From contig JAAOMT010000553.1 of NCBI GenBank assembly GCA_016748015.1, forward strand, positions 214,923-278,922: a DNA stretch of 64,000 nucleotides, read 5' to 3'. The translations under genes and the position numbers were made by a program. This DNA is from Geosiphon pyriformis uo1 (taxonomy: Eukaryota > Fungi > Glomeromycota). Below, in pieces: positions 39,297 to 51,846 of this stretch (the first letter of the stretch is position 1; the number at the start of each line of letters is the position of its first letter). The notes below the pieces were generated by a model. It saw nothing but the letters and a program-made list of their open reading frames with translations. It made no database searches and was not told where the DNA came from.

Positions 39297-40047
39297 TAAT
39301 TAAAACAATAATATTAAATTTATTTATTATTTTTAATTCTGTTTACAATTTATTTAACAAGTTAAAAAATAATATTTAATCATACAAATTTAATTGAAAA
39401 ATTTTTGTATAATATTTTTTGATTAATAAAAAACATTAAATAAAATTTATTATTTTAATATTACATTTTAATTAATATAATTTTAACAAAAAATAATAAC
39501 AACATATATTTTATACCAATTTTTAATTGCTTAAATTAATTTATTAAAAATTTTAGCAATTATATTATTTTTATTTGCTGTTTTATTTGTGCTATAATTA
39601 ATAAAATAAGTAAATTTAAAAATAAAATTATTATTATAATTTTTTTTTTAGTATTTTTATAATTATATTTAAAAGTAAAAAAGTTATAATATTTTTATTA
39701 GTAAAGTACTTACAATTGTAAAAATTTTTTAATAGTACTTTATAAAATATTTTTCTTAAATAAAATACTTAAATTTAATAATTAAGTTGTTTTTTTTTAT
39801 TTTATTTTTTATTGTTTTTTAAATAACTAAAAAAATCAAATTAGCCAAAAAGCAATCTTTTTAAACTATTACTATATTTAATAACTATTTTTTTAAAATA
39901 CTAAAAAGTTTTTTTCTAATATTTTTGGTACTAGTTTTAATGATTTAAAATTAGCTTTTTTTTGGTAAAAAAATAAAATTTTGATTTTTTTGACTTTTTT
40001 GTCAATTTTTATTATCTATATTTATTATAATATTTAGTTTTATTATA

Positions 40048-41191
40048 CAGTAAACTCTCTTTATAGTTACATTTTTTAGTTAGCATATTTATAGTAACTA
40101 TAAAAAAATGAAATTATAAAAAATAATCAATATTTTGTTATATAATTTATATAATACATACATAATATAATAATTAATTAAATATATTAAATATTTATAA
40201 GACTAAATCAAAAAGTTTTGAAATTAATAAATAACAGAATAAATATTTTTGTTTCTGTTTCATATTTTTTATTAATATGTTTAATCTTTTTAAGTTGAAT
40301 AATAAAATATTAATAATATTAATTAATTAGTTATTTAATTTTAAAAAATAAATATACTAATAAAAAGTAGAAAAACAGAAACAAAAATATTCAACCAGTT
40401 ATTTATTAATTTTAAAACTTTCTGATATATTGTATTTAAAAAAAGTGCAAATTTTAATTTATTCAATATATTTTTTATTTTTTATTTTCGAAAAAACTAT
40501 TTATTTACAGCTGTTTTTTTTCTTTCTGAATTTTAAAAACAGTATTACAAATTAATACTTTCAAAGTTTTAAGAAAGTTTGAATTAATTTTTTTATTATG
40601 TTGCTTTTTATAATAACATAATATATTTTTAAGTACAATTTATCTTGATATATAGATAGTAAAGACAAAAATTCATTTTTACTTTCTAAATTTTTATTTG
40701 TATTAGAATTTTTATTATATTTATTATTAATAAGATTTACAATTTTATTTTCAAAGACATAAATAAACAATAATTTGAACTTGTTAATATTAATATACTT
40801 AATAAAAATTTGTACTTTTTGTAAAAATTTTGTTTAATATTTAATAAATAAATTAATATTTAATTAATATTTAAAATCTTTGTATAATATTAACAATTTT
40901 AGATTATAGTTATTATTATCATTAATTACATATTAATTAAAAAATCAATTACATTTTTTAATATTATTATTGATATTAAAATTTTGTTATTATACTAATT
41001 AATAAAATAAAAAAAAACAATTTTTGGTATTATATTTTAAAAAATAAAATTATTCTTGTATTTAATAATTACAAATAGAATGTTATATTAAATAATATAG
41101 AAAATTATCTACTATAAAAATTAGCATTATTAAACAATAGCAAAAAGTTTTTTTTCTTATAATATATTTTTTTATTAATAAATTAAGCCAT
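40048..41191 (-). mobile_element. pogo/Tigger-type transposon copy 3, 3' part
   Basis: TA|CAGTAAACTCTC terminal repeat; WLNLL..FLLLFNNANFY (decayed LLLxDNAxxH) continues the sequence broken at 59167. Confidence 0.72.
40208..40425. repeat. Imperfect palindrome of about 220 bp (MITE/foldback-like)
   Basis: TCAAAAAGTTTTGAAATTAATAAATAAC..TATTTTTGTTTCTGTTT mirrored by AAACAGAAACAAAAATATT..GTTATTTATTAATTTTAAAACTTTCTGA. Confidence 0.75.
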
Positions 41192-41635
41192 TATTATTAG
41201 AGATTTTTGGTCTCTTTTTCTAAATATTATTAATGTTGTTTTGCTGTAAATTCACAATTATTAGAAGTTAATAAATCTTTAATAACTGAATTTATTTTTA
41301 AATTATCTTCTATAATTTGAACCATTAAACTTACAAGTAATATAGCCAATTTTATATCAGTTATTTATATAGTTACTTTGTAATAAAAGTCAACTCTTTT
41401 TTAAAAAATACTTATTTAAAAGCTTATTAAATATGTGTAGTTACTTTGTTGTAAAATCAACTCTTTTATAAAAATTTTATTTGTAGACTACTCTAATAAT
41501 TGTAAAAAAATAAAATAAAAATATAAATATAAAAAATATAAAAAAAATAAAACTTTATTAAAAAAATTGTTTTCTGTTTAGACCTAAAGTTATTAATAGA
41601 TTATTAAAATTGGTAGCTAATTAATTTTAAGACAT

Positions 41636-44600
41636 TGTTACTCATAAAAATAGGAATCATAATAGATAAATAAATAGTCAATCAAAAAGAAACATAGTAA
41701 AAAGAGGAATTTTAGAATTTTTTTTAAGGAATTACAAGATTCTAGAATTCCCAAATTCCAGAATTCTTTTCAAAAAATTACAGAATTCCAGAATTTCAGA
41801 ATTTTTTTCAAAAAAATTGAAAAATTTTAAGAAATTTTGTATAACATGAATTATATATATATAACAAGAGTATTAAAAGCAGAAAAAAACAAATTTAGAT
41901 ACAAGACAGTAGTTAGAAACAAATAATTATCCAAATATTTTTTTCTTTAAAAGATAGTTTTTTATAACTTAAAGTGAAAATATATTTTTATCAATAAAAC
42001 ATCTATTATTACCCAAACCTATGTTTTTATTATTTGATCAAGAAATATTAATCAATTCTATATTATTAATATTCTATGTTAATAAAAGTTGATACTTAAT
42101 TATATTGAATTAATAGTTTTTAATCATGGCTATTAATAAGATACTAATTTCTTATTTTTTATTTTTTATTTTTTTTATTTTGTTTTCTTTGTTGTTTACT
42201 AATTGATTAAAAAAAATTAAGTATTAAGTAATTAATATTAAAAATAATTTGATAAAAAACCCAAAAACAAAAGTAAAAAACTTAAGAATAGCTTATTAAA
42301 AGAACACAACTGCCAAAATAAACTGGCTATTATGCTGAAAAAAAAATTCATGAAAAAAATTATTAATTAACTCTCTGACTATTATACAAAAAACTTAACC
42401 AAAATTTTCAGACTTTAAAATTTTTAGAAACCACTATTATTAACAGCTATTGAGCACTAAATTATGGGTTTATTATTTGTTTTAACATTCTAAATAATCA
42501 CCTGTAATATTTGGTGCTCTCTGTAAAGTATAATCCAACAAAAAACCAGCATCAATATTAATCATTTAAAAAAGTAACAAAAGCAGAAGTAATAAGAACA
42601 AACTATTTAGAATTTACAAAATTTTTATTTTAATATTACTAAATTTATCTGAGACTAATAAATAATTATTGGCCAGCAGAATTAGCTTTAAACTTCTATG
42701 TAAATAAAAAGATTCAAAAACAGCTATTAAAAACTTTTACAGTAAGTTATTACAACACACCAGTTTTCTATAAAATCATAGTTTTATCTTAATAATAACA
42801 GAAATAAATTGTGTAAAATCGAAAATTATACCAAACAGAAATTCTCTATTATCTTTGCTGACAAAAAAAAAGAGAAGTTATAAATCCTAACAGAAATCCC
42901 AAGGAAAATACAATCACTTATTTGAAAGAAACAAAAAATTGTTTTATCTATCAATTTATCATATTATTATATGTCTGAAAGCACTATCTAAATAATATTA
43001 ATAGTTGCACTCACATTGAAAACACTATTATCTAAAGTATTATTCCAAAATAATCAAAAAAAAACCAAATTATTAGAAACTTATAATAATTTTTTTGAAG
43101 AATTTAAATTACAATCAACAATTCTATCAGAACTTCAATCATCATTACTCCAACCAAATTTCGGATCTATTAGTAATTAGGCAAACACTGAATTAAAAAA
43201 AAAAAATAGCAATTAGAGAAATAATAATCAAAACTTAATTTCAAATAATCTAAAAGTTCAAACTTTAATTGTTCAAATCTGAACAATTCAAATCCAGCTT
43301 TTATTCTTCTACAAAATTTATCTTCAATTATCCTAATTAATTAACTGCCAATAGCACTAATTGCTGCTTAATAACAACTTGCACAAATAACATATACACT
43401 AATCACCAAGCTTAAAAAATTCATTAATAAAAAAAACAATGTTCAAGTATAGCTTAATAATATAGCAAAAGCCATTGCAGCCAATAGATAAAATAATATC
43501 AGAGCTTTTTAAGCCATTTTCTACTTTTTACAAAATACTGTTAATTTATAGTATTAAAATTTTGTAAACAAATTCCAAGATTTTGACATGTTTAAAACCA
43601 TATTTTTATAGTATTTTAGCAATAATAATAGTATTAACCATCTGTTAACTAACTTTACCACTATTAAGCAAAGTAATACTAAAACAGTTACCACTTACTT
43701 GGAACACTTTCACAGAAATTTGTGCCAAATTCAAGCAATTAATGCTGATTACTTCACAACATCACAGATTTTAAATCAATTTATTTACAGATTACACAGT
43801 AGTTTTTTGCAAAAAATATATCTAATACATTCAAATATTTTTTAAGATGCAGTTATATATGTTTGAAATTTTGAATTAGCTGAACTTGAAGCCAATTATG
43901 TCTAAACTGTTAATCTAATAATAAATAGATTATTTGAATTAAATTCTAAGCTAAAACAATTTAGTGATTCAATCAACCAAAAATTAGAAAAATACTTAGC
44001 TAACAATTCAACAATTTATTAATTTTTACAATATTATAACAATCAAAAAAACTTCAATTGTTTTTAAAATCAATTATATTTATTATTATTATTAATAAAT
44101 CAATTATAACAACAAAAAACACATAATTGTTACTACTGTGATAAATAAGACTATTTAAAAGCAAATTACTGCTTTAAATCTAATAATTCACAATTGGAAA
44201 ACAAATATAAAAATCTTAATCACTAATTTTAAATTTTAAATTATACTCAAAATCAGAAACAATATTAATATTAAACTTTATATTAATTAATAATACAGCA
44301 ATCTATATACATATTTTTAATGTATCAAATTCTAATATCTATAATCTATTAACTACAGCCACAAATAATATATTAATTTTAACAAATGCAAACACCACTC
44401 CAAAATACTGTGCTCATAACAACTGAAAACCAAAAACTAAAAATTATGTACACTTAACAAAACTAGAGATCAGTAATAGTAATATATCAACCAATTTTCA
44501 GTTCATTAAACCAGCCATTCAAATCATATCAATAGAGTTTAAGAAGTAAATACATTCAAAATTCAAATTTTCAGAGCTATTTAAGTTTCTTAGTTACCCT

Positions 44601-47421
44601 AAAAAATGCTTAATCTAATAATTTGAAACAGCCAAAACAATAACTTACCAATAATATTTTATTAATAATTATCACAAAAGATGAATTATTAACTGTTATT
44701 TTCCTATTTGAATTGGAAGATCAATCAAAAACTTCATTATTTAGTAAAGCCATTCTTAATGCCAATCTCATTACTGCTATATATACTAATGCCAAAATCA
44801 ATGGCCAATCTATCAAGCTAATTTTTGATAATAAATCAATAGATAGTATTATTACATAACAATTTATAAACCAATTAAATTGTCAAGTTGATTATGCTGC
44901 CAGTATCAGAATTGTTATAGCCAATAAAGTAACCAAGACTTTTATTAATAAAATAAATAACTTCTCTTTTAAAGTCAACAATATTATTACACTTATCAAA
45001 ATTCTTATTATAAAAGCTGTATAATACCAAGTTTTTATTGGTAATAATTGGCTGTCCAAAACTAATACTATGCTTAATTAGAATACACAAAAGCTATAGC
45101 TTAGTTAAGATGATTAACATACTTAAATACCAGCTATTTGTGGTTACTTTAAAACAACTTAATTACAATCACTAATAAAATTCAAAAAAAAAAACCTATC
45201 TGAAAAGTCTATTAAGTTTTGTAAATTAAAAACAATTATATTAAATTATTATTGATACTTTCTTAAGATAACAAAAGAAAAGAAAAAGAAGAAAATAAAT
45301 CTTAAAATACTACTATTACTAAAAAAACAGCTAACAGTTGGCATTGACTTTACTTAACTCTAAAATTAAAAAAACAATCATTCTATATTCTGTTCAAATA
45401 CAAAGACTACAAGAAAAAACTTTTTTCTATGAAAACTTAGATCTTATTCAAAGAAGACTATGAAACACACACTTGCTACTATTGTAAAGTAGGCTATAAA
45501 AAACACTTTGGTTACCTAAAAAGACAAAGAAAGTAGAACAATAAATCATGTTTCACTTGTAAAAAAATGTTATTCAACAAAGAAATATGAAATAACATTT
45601 CTGGTTGTAAAAAAATATGTAATGTATTATGTTAATACACAATTTTTATTAGAAACTGAATAAGCAGAAAAATGTCTTTTAACACTATATAAAACAGAAT
45701 TTTTTTATACTTAGACAGTTATCTACACAACAAAAACAAAATTTGGTAAATGGCAAATGCCAAAATTGAAAACACTTTGTTTAGTAAGATATTTATAATC
45801 AAAATCAATCTGTTAAAACTTATTGAAACTGTTTTCATTTCCAATTTAGATATTTTTATGGACATTTTAAGTAATTTAAAACAATTTTATAAACACTACT
45901 AGAATTTAGCATCTATTAGAGAAGAGTAAAAACAGTATTTAGAACAATTAAATATAAGACTCTGTAAACATTGTCTGATTTCCAGTAACTTTGAATATTG
46001 TGACAATTGTGATCTTATTTATAATTTATTATTATGTATAATCTATTTGATTTTTAAAAAAAAAAGCCAATTAGCAATTGTGCTTTAAAATTAGAAGCAA
46101 AATTCAATACCAATTCAGATTCTGATAATAATAACAATAATGATACCAACTTTGTTCACAATGACAACAATAGCAACAATGATTTAAACTTTAATTATAA
46201 TTTCAAATAATATATTATATTTTTAGATCTTTTAAAAGAACAGAAACTTAAATGTTTTAATAATAATAATAAAAATATTATATCAAAATGAATATATAAT
46301 ATTAATATAAGGTTTGATTTTAGATATTTGAAAAAAAACTGCCATCAAATTGAAATCTCATTTGCACACCAGTATAGATTTAAAAATACCACTGGAAATT
46401 TTAGCAACAACAATAAACACAGTAATCATTAATTAATTAAAAAAAATTACCAAAACCCAATTTGAAAAATTACAGACCAAAATTGCTCAAGTAATTTTAG
46501 AAAAAAAAGTGATGAAATTAATTTAAAAAAAAGATATAAAAAAGCTAAGAGATTTGAAAAATCTCAATAAAGCTCAATATTAAAAGAAAAAAATAATATT
46601 ATTCATAGAAATAAGAATTATAATAAGTAGAAAAATAATTAATCAAAAAGATACATAGTAAAAAAAAAATTCCAGAATTTTTTTTGAGAAATTGCAAGAT
46701 TCTAAAATTTTAGAATTTTTTTTAAAAAATTACAGAATTTCAAAATTTTAGAATTCTTTTCAAAAAAATTGAAAAATTTTAAAAAATTTTTTATAACACA
46801 AATTATGTATATATAGTAAAAAGCAAAAAAAGACAAATTTAGATACAAAACAATAGTTAAAAACAAGTAATTATTCAAATACTTCTTTTTCAAAAGATAG
46901 TTTTTTATAATTTAAAATGGAATTATACTTATATTAATAAAATATCTATTATTATCCAAATCCATATTTTCATTATTTGATTAAAAAATATTAATCAATT
47001 CTATACTATTAATATTTTATGTTGATAGAAGTCAATACTTAATTACACTGAACCAATAGCTTTTAATTATAATTATTAACAAGATACTAATTTTTTTTTT
47101 TCATTGTTGTTTACTAATTGATTAAAAAAATTAAGTGTTAAGTAATTAATATTAAGAATAATCTGGTAAAAAACCTAAGAACAAAGATAAAAAACTTAAA
47201 GATAGCTTACCAGAAGGGCATAACTGTTAAAATAAATCAGCCATTATACTAAAAAAAAAATTTACAAAAAAACCATTAATTAATTCTCTGTTTATTATAC
47301 AAAAAACTTAACCAAAACCTTCAAACTCTAAAACCTTAAAAACTACCATCATTAACAGCTATTGAACACCAAATTATGAATTTGTTATTTGTTTTAACAT
47401 CCCAAATAATTATTTATAACA
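41636..47421 (+). mobile_element. Element E: A-type Ty3/Gypsy lacking RT, RNase H and integrase
   Basis: LTRs 41636-42509 and 46597-47421, PBS at 42512, gag, protease, Cys-rich insert, and a half dUTPase fused near 46410 to the ORF3 tail; TSD ACAT/GTAT. Confidence 0.9.
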
Positions 47422-50400
47422 GTATTAATTGGGTTTTAGAAAATTCCAATTCATAACTAATTAAAATTAATTATGTTTTTAAAGTATTTAATATTGTTAT
47501 GGGTAAACTTGAAGTTCTGTGGTGGTAATGTTTAGTGCTCAGAATTTGGGTTTTTAAAGAGCTTTTAATGGTTTTCTTTTAGTAAACTTATTTGATATAT
47601 TAGTATTATTAGTCTTTAAAAGTCTTTTAATTGTTATAGATTTTACTCATAAAGTTTTTTGGTTATAAAACACAGAGTTTTTATTTTCACACTTTGCAAC
47701 TTTTTGTTGTAAATATAAGCTATCTTCTCTGAGCTAATGAACACAATTGTTAATATCTGGTGATGTTTTTTATCCTTTTAGTAAGCTATCAAGATAATGT
47801 TAATATTCAAACCTAGGGGGAGTCTTTTTTTTTTACCAGGCTATCACAAAGTCTATTCCCAGACAGTCAATTTTCTTATGTTGCCACTTCACAAGAGAGA
47901 ATAAAATAAAAAAAAATAAAAAAAAAAGAAAATAAAAAAAAATAAAAAAATAAAAAAGAAAATAAAAAAAGATAAATTAGTATTATCAATTACCATAATC
48001 AAGAGTGATTGGTCAGGATTGTTAAGATTTGAAATGTTTATGCTAAGAGCATCTGTTCTGAAACAAAAGTATGATACAGAAATTAGTTCGATTCAAACAC
48101 AAGATAATTGATGACCATGTATCAATGATTTTATGTTTTTTCAAGTAAGTCTTTTTTTTTGTAAGATGTAATAATTATAAGAAAAAAAAATTGATTCTTA
48201 TTTGGCTGTTTTTTTAATTTTTACAGCTACTTATTTTTATATATTCTTTTTGTTTTACAAGATTGCTTCTGATTGCTTTATTATTTCTGTTATTACTTTG
48301 TTTTTCTATGTTATTGCTAGTTATATTATGTTATAACATGTTATTCTACATTATTATATGTTATACTATGTTATAACATATTATTCTATGTTATTAAGCA
48401 TTATTCTGTGTTTTTTCATATTATCCTGTGTTATTTTGTGTCATTATATTTTTGGTCATGTTTTTTCTATAACTTTGAATTGGTTTTCTTACTTGGATAA
48501 CATTATCCCTCTATTTTTAGAATTGAGCTCTTGTAAAATCGTTTATATTTGTTATCAAGGCTTTGTTCATATAATATTCAATTGTTGTGTCAAGTATTGT
48601 TTTTTGTAGGTTTTTAAACTGTTGGTTGATTATTCATTCTATGTTGTTAACTATTATAGTCTTTATAAATTCATACAACAATATGTTTAAACAATGTTAA
48701 AAAGTAGTGTACAGTTAGTGTGCTGGTTTGTAATATAGGATTAGGTTGCTTTTTTCTATGAATTTTTCTACTTGTTGTATTGCTTCTTTGTTAAAAGTTT
48801 TCTGTCTGAAGTCTCCATATGGTGTTTTTAAATTTAGCTTTTTACTAATTTTGTAGAACCAATATATTGGAAGAAGTTTTTCTTTTCATTTCTGAATGTT
48901 GTCTGATGTCTATTTTCCTGTTTTAGGAGTTCAATCTCACAAGCTAAAGAAGCTTTAATTTCTTCTAATTTGGGGACTAAGTGTTCTTTTTTTTTGACTT
49001 TTTTTAGTTTTTTTCTTTTTTTTTCTCTATGTTCTGCCCAAAAAAAATTTTTTTCTTTTTCTAATTCCTTTCTTTTAAGCATTGTATAAGGATAAGAATA
49101 ATTGGTTCTAGTTGAATTTTTGCCTATTTTTCTCTTTTTTTTGTCTCTGTATTTTATCTATTTTTTATTAATGGTAATCTCTAGTTGAGATGTTGATTGT
49201 TAAATTGTTTTAAATAGTTGTTTTGAGAGTTGTAAAATTTGATCTAACAGATCTATGTTGCAAGTTCTATCATTTTATTTTTGTTGTTTCTATGGTTATA
49301 TATGCTTAAATTTTTAATTAAATAGTCATGTATTAATTATGTTTCAATAATAATAATTGGTTTCAAATCTTGTGGTATATTTTCCAATCTGATTAATGGA
49401 ATTTGTGTTCCTAGTTAAGGTATGAATGACAATAATTCTTGTTTTGTATGATAAATTTTTAATCAATTTTCATATGCTATTTTCTTTAAAATCCTGTCTT
49501 CCAATTGTAATTTGTAAGCTCTATTGTCTAAAGCTTTATGTATGTAGAATGAACTGTCTTACTTTGGGTTAAACTTTTTATTTTACTGTTTCTTAGCTTT
49601 TGTATAATGTAATAGTACTTGGTTTCCAATCTTGAATTCCATTAGTTGTTTAGATAGACAGTTATCATGTCTTTCTTTCTGTTATTTTTGAATGTTATTA
49701 ATATTGTTAGCTGCTATTTTATGATTGTTTTCTAATATTTTCATTAATTGGTACATTTTTTGGTGTAAGATAGCTTCAAAAGTTTCTTCAGTAATTGTAT
49801 TTGTTAGATAAAATGGTATTTTTTATTCAATAGATAACATAACTTTTCTTCTATAAACTAGTTTAAATAGTATAAACTGAGTTGTATTTTGCTTTAATGT
49901 TCAGTATGCCAATAATACCAAAAGTATGAATAGGTCCTATTCTTGTGTATTTTCATAACTTATTTTTGCTAGTGTTTTACACAATATTCTGTTAAATTGT
50001 TCTATCAGTCTATTTATTTATGAGTGATAAGACAATAATAAGAGTTGTTTTATTCTAAACTGTTGGCTTAATTTGTTTAGTGTATTATTGACAAAATATA
50101 TTCCTTAGTCAAATAGTAATTCTTTTAAGCATCTGTATCTGCAAATTAGGTCTTAATGTATAAATTTGGCTATTGTTTTGGCATTAGCTATTTGAATTGC
50201 TTTGGCTTCTGGCCATTTTGTAGGATAGTCTATGACTATAGCAATGTATTAATTTTTTTTGAATGTAATTGAAAGAGAACCAACCAAATTAATCCTAATT
50301 CTATCAAATAGATTTCCAACTGAAATGGGTCAAAGTAGTTCTGTTAATTTTGTTTCTCTTCTTCTTTGACAGAAATTACAATTGAATATATATTTAAAAA

Positions 50401-50991
50401 TATTCTTATATATTATTGGCCAATAGTACTTGTTTATGGTTTTTTTCAAAGTAGTGTCTTTGTTGAAGTGTTTTGTAATTGGGTCAGAGTGCATGCTATG
50501 TAAAATAGTTTTTTTTTCATTGTCTTTTATAACTCATTATAAGGTAAAATGGTTTCAATGTTTTCAGCAATATAGTTGGTTATTTTGAATAAAGTAATTT
50601 TGGGCTTGTTTTTATATGATACTCTGTTTCTGTTGAAGTAATATTTCCTTGAATTGAAGTATTAATAAGTACTGATGTAATTGCTGATAAGTAGTTATAT
50701 TCATGGATTTAAGGCTAGACTTGTATCATCCTCGACAAACTATTAGCATTGGTATTCTTGAATCATTCTTTGTAATGAGCTTTATATGAGAATTGTTGCA
50801 GATAAGTGCTCTATTATGCATATTTTTCTTCTGGTTATGGCTTGTTAAGTAGTCAAATAAGTTCTTTATAATTGGTATATATGTCAAATAGTTGGCTGAG
50901 ATAGTGTTTCCAAGTATGTACAGCCCAGTAGATGGCAAAACATTCCAAATTTATTGTACTGTATATTTTTTCAGCTGGATTCATACTATGA

Positions 50992-51846
50992 TATTACAAG
51001 TAATTATTTGGGGTCTCAAATCAAATAACAAACCCATAACTTGGTGCTAAATTGCTTAATAACATTGGTAATATTGATATATTGTTTGTATCTGAAGGTT
51101 TTGGTTGAGTCTTTTGTATAATGAACAGAGATTTAGTAGTTGTTTTTAGTAGCTTCCCAGAATCACAATTTCATCAAATTTTTTTCTTAGCATAATGGCT
51201 GGTAATCTTCTTGGTAAGCTATTTTCAATTTTAAGTGTTCTATTCTTGTTTTACAGATCTTTTACTAGTCTCTTTAACATTAGTAACTCAATGCTTAATC
51301 TTTAATCAATTAGTTAATCAACAAGAAATAACAAAAGAAAATAAATAAAATAAATAAAATAAAGAAAAAAAAAAATAAGCCAAGATAATGAATATTAGTA
51401 TCCTGTCAATAGTCATAATCAAAAGCTATTGTTCTAGTGTGGTTAAGTATCAGTCACTATTAACATAAAGTGTTAATAGCAAAGAATGGATTAAAATAGT
51501 GAATAATTATTTATTTAATATTTTATGAATAGAAAGGTTGCTTAGATCAAATTTAAACTGAGAGATCTGTCTTTTCTGCTTCTAATGCTACTGTTATATA
51601 TACATAATTGAGATTCTTCAATTCCTCAATTTTTCACACCAGAAATTCTGGAATTTCTAAAATCCTGCAATTTCTTTGAAAAGAATCCTGAAATTCTGAA
51701 ATCTTGTGATTTCTCATATAAAAATCCTAAAATTCTTGGAATCCTGTAATTCCTTTAAGAGAAATTCTAGAATTTTATATTTACTATAGTTACTTTTGAT
51801 TGGCTAATTTTAATGCTAATATACTTCTTATATTCTAAAAGTAACA
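50992..51846 (-). repeat. A-type solo LTR in RNase H of element F
   Basis: Homologous to 5450-6285; perfect ATGA TSD. Confidence 0.95.
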
